Positions 28,071 to 41,540 of a stretch of 64,000 nucleotides of DNA are shown piece after piece. This stretch comes from Marsupella aquatica (Eukaryota > Plantae > Marchantiophyta). The stretch spans positions 27,538,210 to 27,602,209 of the forward strand of contig OZ316893.1 of assembly GCA_973895155.1 (NCBI GenBank), written 5' to 3'. The position numbers and the translations under genes were made by a program. How positions within the stretch are numbered: position 1 is the first letter of the stretch; every line of letters starts with the position of its first letter. The notes beneath the pieces are model-generated. The model saw only the letters and a program-made list of their open reading frames with translations, ran no database searches and was not told the DNA's origin.

Positions 28071-29662
28071 TACTCTCAGTTTTGTTGCGGATTGACAATG
28101 TCATTAACTCAAAATTATGTTGCTTTACAGGTATGTCGGCCTAGAGAGGTTTTAAAATTGAATTTCTGCAAAAAAAAATTTGGATTTAAAGAATTGCAGA
28201 ATTGTCTCTGGCTTGCTACGTGTCCATTGACACTCAGGTCCTACACTCATTTCAAGAGTTGTGTAAGGACTGTACCACATCTACGAGATCTGTAGAAAGA
28301 TTTTTGCATGGAATATTTTGAAGTAGAAAATGACTTGGTATTTGGCAGGTGACAATCTCTTTCTCTCTCCCTTGTTTTTTTGGCTATCACGTTTTCCCTC
28401 TGTCCCTCTTTGTTTTGTAGATTGTTGTCTGAGAAATCTGAACATGTGTATATCTCTAATGCAGCGTTTCAAGTGTTCTCGGCAATGGACACTTCTGGGC
28501 GAGCACAAAGTGGATGCAGCATAACGTTGGGGAGGGATCTGGGCGCCTCAAAGCTTAGAAGCATCCTTAATTCTAATTTGGGGAGTTCTCGTTTTTAATG
28601 AATCAAAGTTTGGTCCAAGAAGTTTCTCATCTCTTGTGGCCTTGGTGATTGCATAATAGAAAATGAGAGAGCATGAATAGGACAACCTATTGATACTTCT
28701 GGGCCACTTCTGGGCCACAAAGTTGATGCAGCATAAGGAGGGGGGATCTGAGAGGCGTTGTGCTCACAAGCATGTTAATCTCTTTTAACATAACTCTAGT
28801 TTGTTCTCTGTTGTGTACAGTAATGCTATGGCCATCCTATGGGTTTTGAGTACTTCACATTATAAGGTGATCATTTTTTCCTATTCTACCTTTGTGTGTG
28901 TCTTGCAATAAGCTACTTGCTGCATATCACTTGTAAAACTTAAAGTATAAATATAGTGAAGTTTTTGTGTGGTGCAGGACAATTTGGTTTGAAAAGGTTA
29001 TTTCTTGGAGGGTGAAACAAGAGCATTTGTGCCTAATCTCTTTTAAAATAACTGTAGTTTGTATTCTGTTGTGTACAGTAGTGCTATGGCCATCCTATGG
29101 ATTTTGAAGACTTCACATCCTAAGGTGATCATTTTTTTCTATTCTACCTTTGTGTGTTTCTTGCAATAAGCTACTTACTGCATATCACTTGTACAGATTA
29201 AAGTATAAATGTAGTGAATTTTTTGGGGTATAACCACCGTGACAGCAAATAGTAAATAGATTTGCTGTTACGAGCAAAAATTTACTCATATGAGGATTTC
29301 AATTACTCATAGCAGAAATTCTGTTTACTCATACGAGAAACTATTTACTTGTACGAGTTTTATAGGTTATTCAAAGTTCAAAAAAATGGCTCGATGTTAA
29401 AAAATAACACCCATATAAGCGCTCTCTGAAATGCTAACATAATGGGGCCCACCATTCAATGATAATAAATGGGCAATATAAAGGTCATTATAAGAACACA
29501 CGCTTTATTTAACAGTCAATATATTTGCTATTTGTTTCAAATTTTGGCTAGTGCCAGGCGCTAGCAACAGACAACACATTTTTCTGGATAAGAAACGGGT
29601 ACATCTTCTGTCCGTTAGAAAAGACAAATGCCACTTAAAGTTGTTGAACGGCACCAAATTGA

Positions 29663-32600
29663 CTACATGTCCGTTCCATTTTGTCGATCAAGCAGGTAAC
29701 GGACTTCGCCCAATGTCAGAACTGGTTGACTAGATAGTGTTGAATCGTTAAGACTCAACTTTAACACAGTCCTGAATACCCAATATAGATGTTTGCAAGG
29801 CATGTAAGGTTTCCTATAAACGTGCCTCCGATAGAAATCCTCACATGAACAGCAAGGGAAACAACAAATCTGCACCCAATAAGAGGCAGCATTCCTCTCA
29901 TGTTCATGTGTTCTGATACAATACTGCTTCCCCCACGCATTCCCACTCGTGACATCTCTCTCGCATACAAGCCTCATTACTTCTGTTTCGGATGCTTCGA
30001 TCTTCTTGTAATGTGTTTGAGTTAGATTCACTCTCTGCAAGCACTTCCTTCCATTCCTGGAGCCACATTTGAAAATTGGGTCCGCTAAATTGATCCTCTC
30101 TTGGAACAAATTCACATCGATGTGTAACTCAGACGGGGATGGCTCCTGACCTTCCCTTACCTCTCTTGTACCAAGTAGACCTTGTTCTCTCAAGAATTGG
30201 ATCTCGCCCTCCTGGAGATTGGTCCCTCTCGCAATGGGAAGAACGAATGGTATATTGGGAATGTTTGAAACACCTCTTCTTGGCCGACTTTTATGACATT
30301 TGTTGTTTGGGCAAAACCATATCTGGTCCGGATGAGGTTCTCCTCTAAAAAGTCTACATCCTCTTACAGATATTGCAACAACTCCTTCTGGATTTGGAAA
30401 CCCAACCTTCTTTACTCGATTTCGACATTCATCGCAGCTTTCTCTCCAACCGAGGGTCCCATTACAAGCTGGACCAGCACCGCGTTTTGTAGTTCGTCGG
30501 AGCTGCCAGAGACCTGGAGCTATGTCAGTTTCCATTGGGAGAAGAGATTCCTCAGGCGCGGCCTCAGCTTGATGTCCTACGGGAGGAACAGAAGATCTTG
30601 TTGTCCGACATGAGGGTGTCTCAAGGACGACGACCTCCTCAGAATCTTCACCCTCAGTTTGAGACAAATTAACAATGCCACTTCCACCAGCAGAAGGTGT
30701 GGAAGACATCTTCTCGAAGTCTGTGGAATGGAGGTTTCTTCTCTTCAAACCCCTTGTATTTGGTGAAGTCACAAGGATAGTATCATGCCTGTGAGAGTCT
30801 TGTGCCGAGACATTCCCACTTGCATTACCTTTTCGCTTCACCGATCGAGTTATGACGTCTCCATTCAATGGAACAGTTCTTTCCAAATCAAATTCAGCTG
30901 CGTTGGAAAGAAGGAGATTGGTCGCTTCTTCAAATAGACGTGGAGACCCTGTCATGTCGGCAGATCTGAAAGCCAGCTCAAAGATAGTGGGTCCAGTTCC
31001 CGGATGTAATCCTTGACCGTATGCAGTATATGATGCTATCTGACATACGGCTCGGTTTTGGTCAGTTTTGCACCCCTCCATGAGGCCAACCCGCTTCTTC
31101 ATTTGCCATGCCTTCATGCCTGCATGGATCGATTCCAAACCAGTACAATTCGGAATCATACCTGCCTCCTCAGCACTCTTGCTCTGTCATCGGAAACAAA
31201 ATTTAGTACTACAGTAATTCGCGACAAGTGTAGTTTGTATTTATGCAATATGGACTCTCTAATATATAAGTAGCACCTGGTGCTATCAAATCTCTTGCAT
31301 GACTGCCATGTTCATAGTTGCAAAAGTGTGCTTGTTCATACTAGCGCTTGGCGCTACTATACTGTAACAAGGAATTGGAGTCAGAATAATCATTTTCCAT
31401 ATTAGCGCCAGGCGCGATTACAAATCAATGGTAACGGACTATCATGAATCTAAGAAAATCCTTACCATCCTAATGAAGTTTCCCCAGGCCATTGTCTCCA
31501 ACGGACGACCCACCATGAGAGCCATCCTTGCAACATTCGAAGCTTCCCCTGATGGCAATTTCCAGCTCTCCACCAATCGTCGATCTCTCTTGACATACGA
31601 TATGCATCCAAAAATGTTTTTGCGTTACGAAGACCGTCCCACATCTTCTTGTGTTCTTCAAGTTTTCCTTCTGGAACACCTTCGCGTGAATGCCGACGAA
31701 ATGACTAATAAAAATGAAACGCATCTGATCGCTCTCGGTCAGGATCAGGTACCCCATTGAAGAAAACATTTTGCACCGCATTCCATCCAGCCTGGGCATT
31801 GTCCGCCATGAATCCTTGAATTTGAATGTTCTCCAGGCCATTTTCACTCGCAACTTCTATCATCAATCGCCACGCTCTCTCTAAGGACTTGGTGTCTTCA
31901 GCCTTTAATTCACAAGTGAAAATTGTACAAAGCGCCCGATAGTGATGATCATATACATGAACACTAAAAGTTAGCCAGTCCGATGTAATTCTATGCATGA
32001 CGTCGAAACTCACCCATGACCCTTCTAATGAACCACCGGTCTGCATTTTCCGGAGAAGGTCGATCCCAGATCCTTCGCCTTTCACAGTCATCTTGAAGAT
32101 GTGAGCACTTTCATCTCGACATCCTTGGCCTGGAAGCAAATACCTATGAAGAAAGGGAAGTCTCACACACTTTTGCATCCGTACCAAATATTCAAGCTCA
32201 CCTTTGTCTTTCTGGTCTTGTCTCACACTTCGCAGAACAGAAGCAAACTTTTGTGGGGTAGCAACAACCATGAGGGACTCCTAGATCTCCTTCTCCTCTT
32301 CCGAAGACATTTCCTCCATGGATTCCTCACGGAGGGCATTGGTTAGAGAGTCTGTAGCCGCATTCTTTATCAAAGCGGGCGTAGCTCGTGGATTAGCCTG
32401 GAACTCCTTTGCGAGGTGAGTCTTAGCAACCTTTTCAGCCTCTCTCGACCACACTCGACGACTGGGATGGTTGTGAAATCCCATGTGCACAGCCAGTTGG
32501 GACATATACGCCAAATGAGTTGAATCCACTTTGGCCAAAGGATACATATAGAACATCATGGCCGGACACGATGTTGTACACATCGGAAGTTTAGAGCAGT

Positions 32601-33492
32601 GGTGACAGACAATACCACCTTGCGGTATGAGTTCTCCAACTCGAAAGGTGCCTGATAGTTTTGGTGATCTTGCCCAGACTTGGTTGTTCCTAGTCTTTTT
32701 GTCTCTCCAGAATTGGCAAGAATTGTTCCGACATTCAAGAGAACCGATACACTGAACCTTTCCAAAATCCCACATCTTCTTCGGTAAAACATTCGAAGAT
32801 GTCTTGACAATGCGCGTCCAGTAATAGCAATCCTTCCCGCGGTCCATGTCCTTCAGTCGTTCCCCTTTCGAATTCATGCAATCGACTGGAGGCAACTCAA
32901 ACACAACATTCCCATTGTATGTCATCGGGAGGCTGGGAACTATCTGATGCGTGAAATCCTTCTCCCTGATGAAATGAGATAACTCGCTATGTCCCTTTGA
33001 TTTTAGGATAGTATCCATCGCACTTTGCCGATATACAATTGGGATATCTTGAACCTCCATCTTCACCACCAAGGGATCCACTGAGATCCTTTTCGGGACA
33101 TCAAAGGAAAGGGGTGAATTCTTCCCGTCGTCTTCCGAAGTGTCAGACAGATTGACAACATCAACACCACCGGGAACAGGACATAGATCTTCCGATGCTT
33201 CAGAATCTTCCAAAACAAAGACCTCGTATACTTTCTTCGGATACATTGTCCAAAACCTGAGTCCATCGACGACATCATAGAAGATGGTATTTGCCTTTGA
33301 ATCCTTAGGGAGGAGGGACACAGAGAGAATACACTCTTTGGAAACATCAAATCTCAACCCCAAGTATTCATCCAAAACTCTCCTTGACTGAGATTCAGGG
33401 GATACGATAACTGTGACGACATCCCACGTGTCCTTGCGTCTCACTACGATCGATCGTCCCATTTCAGCGGAAGATAGTAATCGATGTCTCAC
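29663..33492 (-). pseudogene. MULE transposase: GCM-like Zn domain + DDE core + SWIM finger
   Basis: CIGSLECRNNSC..CHHC..C..HMGFHNHP (GCM/WRKY-like). D1 in SFDVMHR, D2 in FMADNAQAGWNAVQNVF, DAFH (CxxH position) and E in GLESIHAGMK. SWIM CSCEDF..PCKHL. Intron 31465-31184. Stops at 32281 and 31705, frameshift near 31485. Confidence 0.85.
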
Positions 33493-34108
33493 TTCCCCAA
33501 TCGGTTTAAGGCTTGTTTGATGTACGAGGTTAATAACGACAGTATAAATGAACGTTGAATAATGACAAAGAAAGTTATGTTAATGGTTTGGACGATGTAA
33601 ATCAATTGAATTTTGTCATTATTCAACGGCTGTATTGAACCAGCTTAATTGTCGGGAGTTTAATAGCATCGGGCGCTACTTTTGTGAATAGGGAACAACT
33701 TGACAATGGAAGCATGACTCTCGACCGAATACAGTACTGCATGGCGAGGAGGACAGGGAAAACTCAGATCGTAATAATAGCGCTCGGCGCTATCATCAAA
33801 GCTCGTACGTTCTACCTCTAACAATAGATAGGAAATCCGTGAATCGGTCCAAGTATGCACGTGTGCATTAAAGTTTCCACAATCGACGCATCTCGGACGT
33901 CAATTGCACGGTCGGAAACCATTACATCTAAGACATCCATGGAAATCCGAACGTTCTCACCTCTGTCCTCAAAACCTGGCCGGCGAGTCTGCCTCTCACC
34001 ATTTGAAGTTGTTTGTTCTTAGAAACATTTTTTGCTCTCCTGCGTCCATTTTTATACGAGAAACTTCCGTTCAGTCTTGATCGTTTAGAGTCGTTTGTTT
34101 AAGTTTCC

Positions 34109-37100
34109 ATGGCTCCACCACGAGCTAAGGGGAAGGCGCAAGTTACGTTTCAAAGCGGCAGCGATGGAGAGGGCGTTGAGGAGAAGTCTCTCGCGAAGCC
34201 TCCTTCTCATTTGAACGTCCCGATCTCGGCGAAGGGGAAAGTAATTGCGAAAACCCGGGTTGTATCCGCACCAGATGGTGCTCCTTAGGCTAAAGGTTCA
34301 AGACCCAAGGTGTAAACCTCTTGAAGGTGGTTTCAAGGCTAGGGTTTGGCCTTGAAGAGGAGAATGAGTGGGAAGAGTTTGTTAAGAAGATGAAGCATCG
34401 ATTTTTGATGTCTGATTCTGAGAGGATGACTGAGGGTACCTTTTTGGACTGGATTCGTGAGAGGAACAAGGGGTTGGGGCCAGAGGAGCTTCTCTTGGAA
34501 TTCAAGAGAAAACTTGGACAATTGCCTTCTACTGACCTTGAATTCCTTTCCCTGCAAAAGGTGTCCCTATTTTTGCGTTCAGCTGATAAGAGGCTTAGGG
34601 ATGAACTTGAGTATGCAATTGACATTGTTAACCCTCGTAGAAGGTCTAAGGTAGATTGGAGTCATGTGGAAGAAGCTGTAGAGATCATTTCTAAGAGGCG
34701 AAGAGATAGAGCCTTGGATGATGAGGCTGTTGCAAAGCCAACAGCTGCTCCATCTAAGGCAGGTAAGGGGAAAGTAAAGGAAGAGCCTTCCAAAGATGAG
34801 AAGGGGCTAGAGCCATCTGACTTGGCCAAGATCCTTGAGAGTCTAAACTTGTTGTCTAAACAAGTGTCTGGTCCAAAATCAGGGCCATGAGAAGGTGATA
34901 GGGCAGGTCCAAGTCGAGCTACAAATTGGTCATGTATGTGGTGTGACTCAAAGGAGCATCAAAAGAAGGAATGTCCAGATCTTCCCAAAGCCATTAAGAG
35001 TCATAAGGTTAAGTATGTGGGTGAGCCAGGCATGAGGAAACTTGCCTATTTTGAGTCAGGAGAGGAGATTCCTTTCAACAATGGAAAAGGAGGGATGAAA
35101 GCCTTGGTTGAGAAACGTTTGACTGAAGCTGAGGTAAAAATGGTATCTCTTGCATTTGAGCCTGAGGTTTACACCTTGGGTCTTGAACCTTCATCTTCAA
35201 GAGGTTCGCTCCTACCTATTCAAAACTTACTCAAAGACTCAAAAACTGCCAAAAGCGGCAGCACTTTAGCAGCATCACGGTGTGAGAGAGAGCCCTTGCC
35301 CTTCGAACTCTCCTCTTTAGTACTCTCGTGGGAAGGCCTGGGGCAAGGCACAAGCCCTCCACTTATGGTTTAAGTCCTCGACAATTTTCAGCCCTTGATC
35401 ATCCATCAAAAAATCTAAGGGTCAAAAATGAGCCAAAATACCATCCTTTGTAACTTTGTAACCAAATGAGGCTTCGCACTTTCGAAAAAACCTCGACCTC
35501 CTCCAAACCCTAAGGCACGTCCTCATCCTCAATCCTATCCATTCATCCATTGACTCAACCAAGATCCACCGTTGATGTAGGTTCAATGAATCTAGTCCTT
35601 ATTTCACAAAACTAGGAATCTGGCCCATATCTCACAAAACTGATGCACTTGGACCAAACCCTCTTACATGCCTTGAACCTGGTCACCTCCTCCATGTATT
35701 CAATGAACCTGGTCACCATGTCGCCAAAACCCTAGATACCTTGCTTGTTGAGCAAGCAACCTCCATTCCGCCAATCCGCCAAATGATAACTTAATCGCTG
35801 GTCACAAATGAAAAACATACCCCACAATAGTAACAAGGGTGGGTAGGCTCGACCTCATCCCTACCTTGACCCTCATAACTCTACTTCCTCCTTCACATTG
35901 GTCAAGTTAGCTCAAGTCAAGTCAACTTGCCCAAGTTAGAAGCAAAAATTGGTTTCAACTTCCTTCACAAAACATGAGGATTCCTCCTTTAGGATGGAAA
36001 CCTCATGACATCGGTGTTGCTGGAATTTCAATGGACGATTACATTTCCAAGCATGTCTTGTCCTTTGGGAAAGATTTCAGAGGATTGGAGAAGGAGCCTC
36101 CACAAATTCCTCTATGTCGATTGATTCATATGGAAGTGGTGCGGACGTTGCAGAAGCAGAGCGCCTCCATCGACAAATTGAAGAAGTCATTCCGGATTTC
36201 TGGATACAATTCGCGCATGGGCATGCCATTTTACGTACAGCCAACAAATGCGGATGGGGTTCCATAGATTTGCACTAATGAGATTAGAGCCTCTTGGGAC
36301 CCAATCTGGGTTGCCGAGAATGACAAGTTCGAGGAAGAGTGTGACGTTGATCCTGATTTCAGAGTTTTGAAGGACAAGATATTGTGTGTCTTCGATGGAA
36401 ATCACCGTTTGTATTCGTGGTCGATTGTGACAGCAAAGCAACCGGACAACATTAAGTACCACCCTCATGTGACTTGCATTGTTTTCAATGGAGATAAAGG
36501 TTCCCTCGTGGAGCTCGAGGCTGCCATGCACGCTGTCAACCAGTAAGCCATTCCTCAGGACAACCTCATTTAATATGACGTACTAGTTCAAGATGGATTT
36601 TGGATGTGATATTATCTTTGGTGTTTTACTAGCGCCCGGCGCTGCTAATTTACATTTAAATTTTGACGTAGGTTGGGACAAGCTGTGGTCGAGCCGTCTT
36701 GGATTCTTGATGCCGACATAATCTCTCGTCTTTTATCCCGTGACCTAGAGCACTACAAACCCCTAATTGATGCTACGAGTTATGCTAAGTTTGAAGCCAT
36801 TCGAAAGAAGACTCGAAAGGGTTCTTGGTATACACACAAGATGCCACAAGACGCGCTCATCTACATTTTGTGTGAGAACAAGATTAAATCTTACACAAAC
36901 CAGTTCAAAGTGGACATGGATTTTGCAGCCGCCCAGGGGACTCCGTGGTCCGAAGAGGAGACGCAGAAGAGGCATGAAGCTATGATGAAGGAAGCGACAA
37001 AAGACTGGGCTATCAAAGTAACAAAGATCACTCCATTGCTGCACCCTGATTTTGGTGACTACTTGGCTACATGTTCCGAAATGTTTCTTGTCACAGAGAA

Positions 37101-39580
37101 GAACAAAAGAGAAAAAAAGCCCGATACAGTTGTTTGCACTATGGACTGTGCTCGTCTGTTTACTGCAGTTACTTATCTGGATCCGAAGTTAAGGTGTACC
37201 CTTCTCGTTGCCCATTGCACTCCGGAGATTCGGAAACAGTTCTTTCATCCGGCTAGTGTGAACGACAATCCTGTAAAACAATGGTGCCATACCTGGCATA
37301 TCTGGAATTAATTGGAGGAAATTGCTACTGGATTGATCCTCACCTCGCTCGAGCAGGTTTTGGATTGCATGCCAGATGATCGTCTTGTCAAGTCTGGTTG
37401 TGAGTCCCTGGATGTTCTCATGAAGTCCATTATCAAAGAATTCAAATCATTTGGAGACCTTGTCAAGGCTAAATTTTTCAACATAATGTGGCCATCAAAG
37501 TATGCAGACAAGGAGGACTACACTGAGCGGAACCGGAAATGAGCGAAGCGATACGTTTACCATTTCTACATGTGGATGGAGTTGCGATCTCCTGAGGTTT
37601 TGTGGGCTTACCCTGGTGCATTTCAAAAGTGGGTGATTATCAAAGATGGTGACCACCTTGTTGATCTGTATTCGATGTACCCAGCTGAGGGAAAGTTCCC
37701 ACCTCGCGCCTTGTCAGAGTGGGAGAGACTCCACTGCCCATGGTATCTTGACACTGACAAATGGGATCTGCCTTTCGACGAGGTGGAGAAAGACGCTTTC
37801 ATGAAGTTACAGCAGTCGCAAATCCCAGCAAGGTACATATCGGAGATGAAGCAGGGTCTTGCGATTGAAGTGGACGCTTCGACAACTGAATTGCAGAAGA
37901 AATGTGAGACAGTCATCGTGCATGTTGACCAGAGCCGAAAGCCAAGAGTGAAGGCCAAGAATGAATGATCGCTTAAAAAATGTTAAGTTTGCCTCTTAGG
38001 ATTCAGTAAAGTATTCCCGCTCTTGTTTGTATGACGTATTTTCCCCCAATTGATACTAGCGCCGAGCGCTATTATGAAAACTAGTTCCGTTGAGTACCGT
38101 CTCTCCATCTTTCAGGGGGAAGGAAGTCGGATGCTACCGGTGATGTAAAAAAGGACGCTACTCCTTAGGCCTCTGAAGCTAACACTAGTGCGGAAAATAC
38201 ACCAGATCAGGGAACCCCTGGGGAGAGTGGAAAGACAGTGGTTCCAGTGGACGCGACAAGTATGAAGAAGAAGGAAAAGAGAGGAACACTTGAGGATAGG
38301 CTCGGATCTTCGTCCCAAGATTCAGTTGCGTCTACTGGATTGCAAAGAGATGTGGGGAATTTCAAACAAAAGTGTACTCGACATTGTTTTGTGGAGTCGA
38401 GTGTTACATAATGTTTTGATTCCTTGTTTAACAAGGGAGAAAAGCCGGACTGGGTTTCTAATATTGAAGGTTGGGGGAAAGAGCTAGTGAAGTCTGGGGA
38501 TCGAGCAAAAGGGGTTGTCCGAGGGGGAAAAGAAAGAGCTTTTGGAGTTGATGCTGGTTTCATATATCTTCCAACTGGGTTGAAACCAACACTTGTGGAT
38601 AGGAAGGTTCCTAAATGGAACCTTCAAGATTATACGATTCCAAGTGCCTTTTTCAGAACAATGGATCCTTTCCTAGCAGATGATGGATTGCTAGCAATTT
38701 TGCACAGAGGCGACTATGACCAAGTTTCCGAGGTCATTGCAGCTTGTCAAGATTCACAGAAATTCCAGTGTATCTCGACACACAATGTTGTCATGGGCAC
38801 TCCAATGTACAGGCCTCGCTCGGATATGCAGGTATGTATAGTAGCGCCTGGCGCTATTCCAAAGTTTCTGTTTGGTGTCCTCCTTTGGAGATTGACGGCG
38901 ACGCTAGCGCCAGGCGCTAGTGTGGAATATCCTCTTCGTGAAATGTTTCCGTATTCTTGACGTAGCATCTGATGTTTATTATGAACAAAACGTTATTCGA
39001 TGTGCAGATTTTTACGCTCACTCTCAATGTTTTTGGGCGTGTTTCGTCCAAAGGTAGGGTCCCTAAGGATCCCAAATTTCGGCCTCTTTCACATACAGAG
39101 GATCCTTCAATAACCAATCTCATTGGTTTTCCCGTGCCAAAAAATGATCCTCTGCCGGAGCTTGCGTTCGCCGGGAATTCAAGGCTGCCTGTGGGTTTCA
39201 TGCAGTCCGTTTTAGAATTAATTACCCTCCCTGGGGATATTGTCATGGACTAGACTGTTGGGGCCGGAAGTACATTTGTTGTTGGAGATCATTGTGGGAG
39301 GTTTGTAGTTGGGATTGAAAATCGTAAAGAGTTTCTTGACACTGCCACAAAAGTTTTCTTTGGACTTCTCGAGAGTAAAGAGGCCTCCACGTCCACGCCT
39401 CCGCACCGGCAGGTGGGGAGTAAGAAGCAGGACAAACTCCGTTCTGTTCTTAATTTTGATTCTGACGAGGACAATGATGGAGGCGATGGTACGCAACAAT
39501 CTAAAGATGATGGGGTCTCCAAGAAAGTGGTGAACCTCGGGTCTTCTGAATCTAAGGATAGTGAAGAGTCTTTTGAGTAA
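34109..39580 (+). pseudogene. ParB-like domain + beta-class N6A/N4C DNA methyltransferase-like fusion gene (element 1)
   Basis: ATG at 34109. ParB-like IPLCRL..VVR..IDKLKKSF..SGY..PFYV..FDGNHRLYSW. MTase-like VDAGFIYLPTG, PFLADDGLLAILH and RLPVGFMQSVLELITLPGDIVMD*TVGAGSTFVVGDHCGRFVVGIE. Introns 36543-36672, ~37985-38114 and 38832-39007. Premature stops and a retroelement insertion in exon 1. Confidence 0.75.
34287..35983 (+). mobile_element. Rearranged Ty3/gypsy-like gag fragment inserted in exon 1 of the ParB-MTase gene
   Basis: Gag-like ORFs 34321-34890 and 34936-35373 with Zn knuckle CMWCDSKEHQKKEC. Flanked by a CTCCTT duplication. Removing it restores the frame (PDGAP-LGWKPH). Confidence 0.7.
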
Positions 39581-39639
39581 TGATCTTCAGCTTCCCTATC
39601 TTTTTTTTCTTTTTAAGTGTGACGTTAGTGTCTCCAACA

Positions 39640-40010
39640 TTCCACCATTTTCTCGGACCCGACTGAAGATATTGAATTCAACTTTCCAGGTCTGAGTGGA
39701 ATCTTTGGAGGCGCTTTCAACTACGGAGGAAAGTCGCTAGGAATGCAATAGAAACCCCGGAGAAGCTGTTTGTCTTGCCTTCTTATGCAGAAAAGGCGGC
39801 TTGAAAAGCAGATTCTGTGAGAATGCTGACTTGGGAAAGCAAAGGCCTGAGGCTCAAAAGGGGTCTGATAGAAAGTTTATGAAGAATCGCTATGTCGATG
39901 ACATCGTCCCGAGCAAGTATGTAGACGACGAAGCTGAGTCTACTGATAGATCACAAAGTAGTGAAGAAGAATCAGAACTAGATTCGACTGATTCAGAATC
40001 TGATGGCTAG
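39640..40010 (+). pseudogene. Small conserved acidic ORF/exon of element 1
   Basis: TPEKLFVLPSYAE, LTWESKGLR and YVDDEAESTDR align with ORF 57018-57455 of element 2. Disrupted by a stop and a frameshift. Confidence 0.6.
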
Positions 40011-41540
40011 CCAGACTTTAAAACTATATTTTGGGGATATAGATATTGGCTATTTTACAAAATAGCGCTTGGCGCTATTGTGAACACATGTAATATTGAT
40101 GGGTGTTTATAAAGTGAGACGGACTGTCCACATTGTTTTTTGACTAAACTTTCCTTTGTGAAGCGGACAATCTTAACTTGGGATGTATTACAATTGGGTG
40201 TTTACCCTAAAGTTGATCTCTGTTTTTAAGTCTGTTATTGAGGTCTGTATACTAGCGTCGGGCGCTAGTATACATATGTTTTGGGGGATACTTTTGCAAA
40301 TAGATGTTTCAGGACTGTAGCGCTGGGCGCTAGTATTACGATGTGTTTCAAAATGATGGATTTTAGAGATTTCGATCTCATTTTACGAGAGATGTCGGAT
40401 TAGGGAAGATTTTTTTGGTGCAGACATTTGCTGCTATGAGCTTTACTGTTTGTTGTTTGCTGTTTGCTGTCACCGTGAAAAGCCTCAAGTTTTTGTGTGG
40501 TGCAGTAGTTTTGATTCTCAAGTTGGCATGGCAAAGTTGGGATTAATTCCTGAAAGATTAAAGTAATTCTTCATGCAAGGGGAAGTAATCCTTGAGATGA
40601 TAGTGCAACTGGTATGCTCCAACTGTACCTTTAACTGTTAGATTGAGCTCATCATATTCCTCTGCCCAGGTGAAGAATGTCCCAACAGAGCCTCTACCCA
40701 GGTGAATTTTCATTTTGTCTAACTAATTGAAACCAGACTGTCTAGCAATTATTTCACATAATAGAGATTATATGGTGTCTCACAACTCTTGTGTGTGATT
40801 ACAGGACTGTTGTTGCATCAATTGTACATGTCTTGCCATGATCAATTTCTGGTGAGCAATGAAATCACTCCTTGAGCAAGTTTGACAAAGTTCACGGAGC
40901 ATAAGCTAGTTTGGGGGATAGGATTAGATGGTCATGATTGCCCACATAGTCAATCTATTGACAGTTTCTGAAATGTACAATTGTTTGAAATAATAAAAAT
41001 GTTTGGATCCTTTCAATATAAGATCTAGGAGTTCTTTGAGTTCTTTATTGTGAATGTCATATACATGATGTTTTTGTTATTGTTTAGTGGTTTCCAATCA
41101 TTGTGATGTAACATGTTTACATTTTTAATCTTGTTGTGGGTCTTGTTGTGGACTCATTGTGGATTTCATTTTGAATATCAATCATGTGAATCTGTGCAAG
41201 ATCTCACCTCCCATGAACCCTAAAACCTGAGACACCCCAATTAATGACATCCCAAATGACTTCACCTAATGACATCTCATAAGACAACCCTAATTGACAT
41301 GCCATATGACATCTTAAATGACACCCAGTATGACTCTAAAATGACTCCATAATGACTACACGTGTTGCATGTTCACTTGCTAAATAGCTGTCATTTGCAA
41401 TAGTCATTTGAGACATGACTGAAATAACTACTAATATTGCCCACCTGGTCAACTGGCATTGGGCCATGTGTCATATTTTCATTGGTGGAAACATATTTAG
41501 TCATTTCTGAAATGTTGGTAATGACTAGAAAAAAGAGGAG

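Larger units (their letters stand above)
29226..40486. mobile_element. Mutator-like element 1 carrying a ParB-like/DNA methyltransferase-like gene
   Basis: Imperfect TIRs gggtataaccaccgtgacagcaaa / tttgctgtcaccgtgaaaagcctc. 9-bp TSD AATTTTTTG (29217-25) / AAGTTTTTG (40487-95). The empty-site sequence survives in the upstream duplicate (tagtgaagtttttgtgtggtgcag, ~28954). Confidence 0.88.

Noticed and set aside
34109-39580. Bacterial or phage contamination as the source of the ParB-MTase
   Set aside because: The gene has spliceosomal introns conserved between two elements and lies inside TSD-flanked transposons nested in plant retroelements.
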